64,000 nucleotides of DNA, taken from NCBI GenBank assembly GCA_030658975.1, contig JAUSBL010000055.1, forward strand, positions 971 to 64,970. Reading direction: 5' to 3'. The stretch is from Candidatus Latescibacterota bacterium (lineage in GTDB: Bacteria > Krumholzibacteriota > Krumholzibacteriia > LZORAL124-64-63). Of this stretch, positions 62,228 through 64,000 are shown in pieces. The translations under genes and the position numbers were made by a program. Below the pieces are notes generated by a model. It was not told the origin of the DNA. It did no database searches and saw only the letters and a program-made list of their open reading frames with translations. The first letter of the stretch is position 1. Each line of letters opens with the position of its first letter.

Positions 62228-64000
62228 CGCAATCCCGCTTCTGCGGCAGCGGCGGCGACGGCCTCGGCCAGCGACGCAGGGATCGCGACGCCGGCGTCGC
62301 GCGCGGCGGCCAGTTCGGCGGCCGCCTCCCGGCCGCGGCCGGTGCGCAGCAGCACCACCGCGAGATTGCGGTGCGCCTGCCCCCCGGCCTGAGGCAGGGC
62401 CAGGGCCCGGCGCAGGGCCGTCTCGGCGTCCTCGTGACGCTGCAGCGCGATGAGCGCGGCGCCCAGGTTCGTCCACGTGCCGGCGACATCCGGGCGCTCC
62501 GCGGCCGCCGTTTCCAGGGCCGCGACGGCTCCGGGCGCGTCGCCAGTCAGCAGGCGCGCCGCACCCAGATCGGACCGCCAGGCGTCGTCCGGCAGGTCGC
62601 CCCTGTCGTCAGCGCCGACCAGGCGCTCGAGCAGCGCGCGCGCAGCGTCCGGCCGGCCGGCCGCCAACAGCACCCGGCCCTGCAGGGAGAGCAGCAGTTT
62701 GTTGGCCGGCGCCTTCGCGAGGGCCGCCTCGCCGAGCCGCGCCGCCGCATCGAAACGGCCGTGGGCGTGGTCGATCGCCATCAGGTTGGCCGTGATCCGC
62801 GGCTCGCCGGGCTCCAGGGCCAGGGCCCGCCGCAGTGCGGCCTCGCCGCCGACACTGTCGCCGGCGGCCAGCCTGATCAAAGCGACGTTGTTCCAGCCGC
62901 GGTTCCCGGAGCGGTTGGATTCCACGACCGAAGTCCACAACCTCTCGGGCGACGCCCAAACGGCGCTGCGTCCGCGGGCCGCGACCGCCAGGGCCAGCGG
63001 CAACACGACGACGACGGCGAGCCGGACCCGCCGCATCCTCAAGGAGCGGGCGGCCCCGGGGTCCAGCCATACGGCCAGCGCGACGGCCCAACCCGCCAGC
63101 GGCAGGTACAGGTAGTGTTCGGCGACCGGTTCGTTCAGCTTCACGAGGTTGAGCACCGGCAGCAGTGCGATCAGGAAAAAGGCCACGCCGGCCGCGGCCG
63201 CGCCGCGCGCTCGCGGCGGCGCGAGCCTCGTCGCGAGCAGCCATCCTCCCAGCATCGCCAGCCCTGCCAGCGTCACGGCGACACCACCACCATTCCAGAG
63301 CTCGGACCAGGAAGCCGGCCCGGGCGTGCCGTCCGCCAGCACGACCCGATCCGGGAACAGGCCGCGCAGATCGGCCGCCTGGGGCCAGGGCAGCCAGATC
63401 TTGCGCACGTGCCAGGCCAGGGTGCGCAGGACCAGGGGCAGGTTGGCCGTGAGGTCCACCGCCTCGCGCAGCGGGATCTGCGTCCCGGGACGCAGGACGA
63501 GTTTTTCCACGAGACCCAGCAGGCCGCCCGTCGCCAGGATCCCGTAGAACCACGCGCGGCGGCGCAGGAGTGACGCCCAGCCACGCCACGACGACGATGC
63601 GTCCACGGACCCGGCACGGTCGCAGAGCAGCGCCGCCAGCGGCAGCGTCAGGGCTATCTCTTTCGACAGGAACGACAGCCCCGCGCACAGCAGGAACGCG
63701 CCCGCGAACAGGATGCGCGCGGGGCGGCCGGTGCGCCGCGACGCCGTGACGTTCGCGTGCAAGGCGGCGAGATAGAAGACGGCGGCCAGGAGGTCCTTGC
63801 GGCCCGAGATGAAGGACACCGCGGCGGTCTGCAGCGGATGGACGACGAACAACACGGCGGCCAGCAGAGGCCACGCCGAGCCCGGGCGCAGACGGCGCAG
63901 CAGCGACCAGAGCAGCAACCCGCAAGCGGCGTGCAGGGCGAGGTTGGTCGCGTGGAAGGCCGCCGGCGAGCCGCCGCCGCGGCGCCAATCGAGGATCAGC
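62224..64000 (-). CDS. Second TMTC/GT39-like polytopic membrane protein with C-terminal TPR repeats; N-terminus beyond the window end
   Basis: ORF 62224-63918 continues in frame to the window edge (own translation: LILDWRRGGGSPAAFHATNLALHAACGLLLWSLL). Blocks FVVHPLQTAAVSFISGRKDL and HYLYLPLAGW parallel the 5392-7065 protein. Confidence 0.7.
   Translation of the reverse strand, partial: LILDWRRGGGSPAAFHATNLALHAACGLLLWSLLRRLRPGSAWPLLAAVLFVVHPLQTAAVSFISGRKDLLAAVFYLAALHANVTASRRTGRPARILFAGAFLLCAGLSFLSKEIALTLPLAALLCDRAGSVDASSSWRGWASLLRRRAWFYGILATGGLLGLVEKLVLRPGTQIPLREAVDLTANLPLVLRTLAWHVRKIWLPWPQAADLRGLFPDRVVLADGTPGPASWSELWNGGGVAVTLAGLAMLGGWLLATRLAPPRARGAAAAGVAFFLIALLPVLNLVKLNEPVAEHYLYLPLAGWAVALAVWLDPGAARSLRMRRVRLAVVVVLPLALAVAARGRSAVWASPERLWTSVVESNRSGNRGWNNVALIRLAAGDSVGGEAALRRALALEPGEPRITANLMAIDHAHGRFDAAARLGEAALAKAPANKLLLSLQGRVLLAAGRPDAARALLERLVGADDRGDLPDDAWRSDLGAARLLTGDAPGAVAALETAAAERPDVAGTWTNLGAALIALQRHEDAETALRRALALPQAGGQAHRNLAVVLLRTGRGREAAAELAAARDAGVAIPASLAEAVAAAAAEAGLR

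Overview
About 70% GC, gene-dense bacterial chromosomal segment. I call about 47 protein genes across both strands. I saw no rRNA, tRNA, CRISPR array, transposase or integrase. All family calls rest on motifs read by eye from the ORF track and the DNA; no searches or computations were run. Many long ORFs in the track are antisense shadows typical of high-GC DNA and were discarded. Three secreted proteins (a hexaheme cytochrome c, an M6 metalloprotease and an endonuclease I) share the same ~85-aa C-terminal PNPFNP...SGVYF...LLK sorting domain (FlgD-Ig / T9SS-tail type). This suggests an uncultured diderm lineage, possibly Eisenbacteria- or Gemmatimonadota-like, but that cannot be shown from this window. 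Housekeeping content: rlmH, corA, msrA, ppk1, pfkA, cca, metK, typA. Accessory content: an nsrR-qNOR nitric-oxide module; a Wx9EH CarH-type B12 photoreceptor regulator next to fasciclin and DUF4397 lipoprotein genes; a GH31 / AEC transporter / Cys-sulfatase / anSME locus; and a six-gene hyf-like membrane complex whose large subunit has lost all four NiFe cysteines (Ehr-like). The best candidate for an undescribed system is at 35966-40288. It is a four-gene cassette joined by three ATGA start/stop overlaps: a MoxR-like AAA+ ATPase, a 155-aa ORFan, a HExxH+vWA (DUF2201-type) protein and a divergent but motif-complete SAM-synthetase (MetK) paralogue. It sits immediately downstream of the housekeeping metK. 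Both metK and the cassette are preceded by related pseudoknot-type leader RNA elements (SAM-II-like layout) whose P1 helices differ in sequence but both still pair. Other notable items: an orphan promoter-to-terminator unit at 60777-61074 containing a 14-15-nt complement of the 16S rRNA 3' tail and a 15-codon ORF; two large nested palindromic intergenic elements sharing a hairpin family that differs by a compensatory base-pair change; and a terminator-like hairpin inside the leader of an RRM RNA-binding-protein gene.
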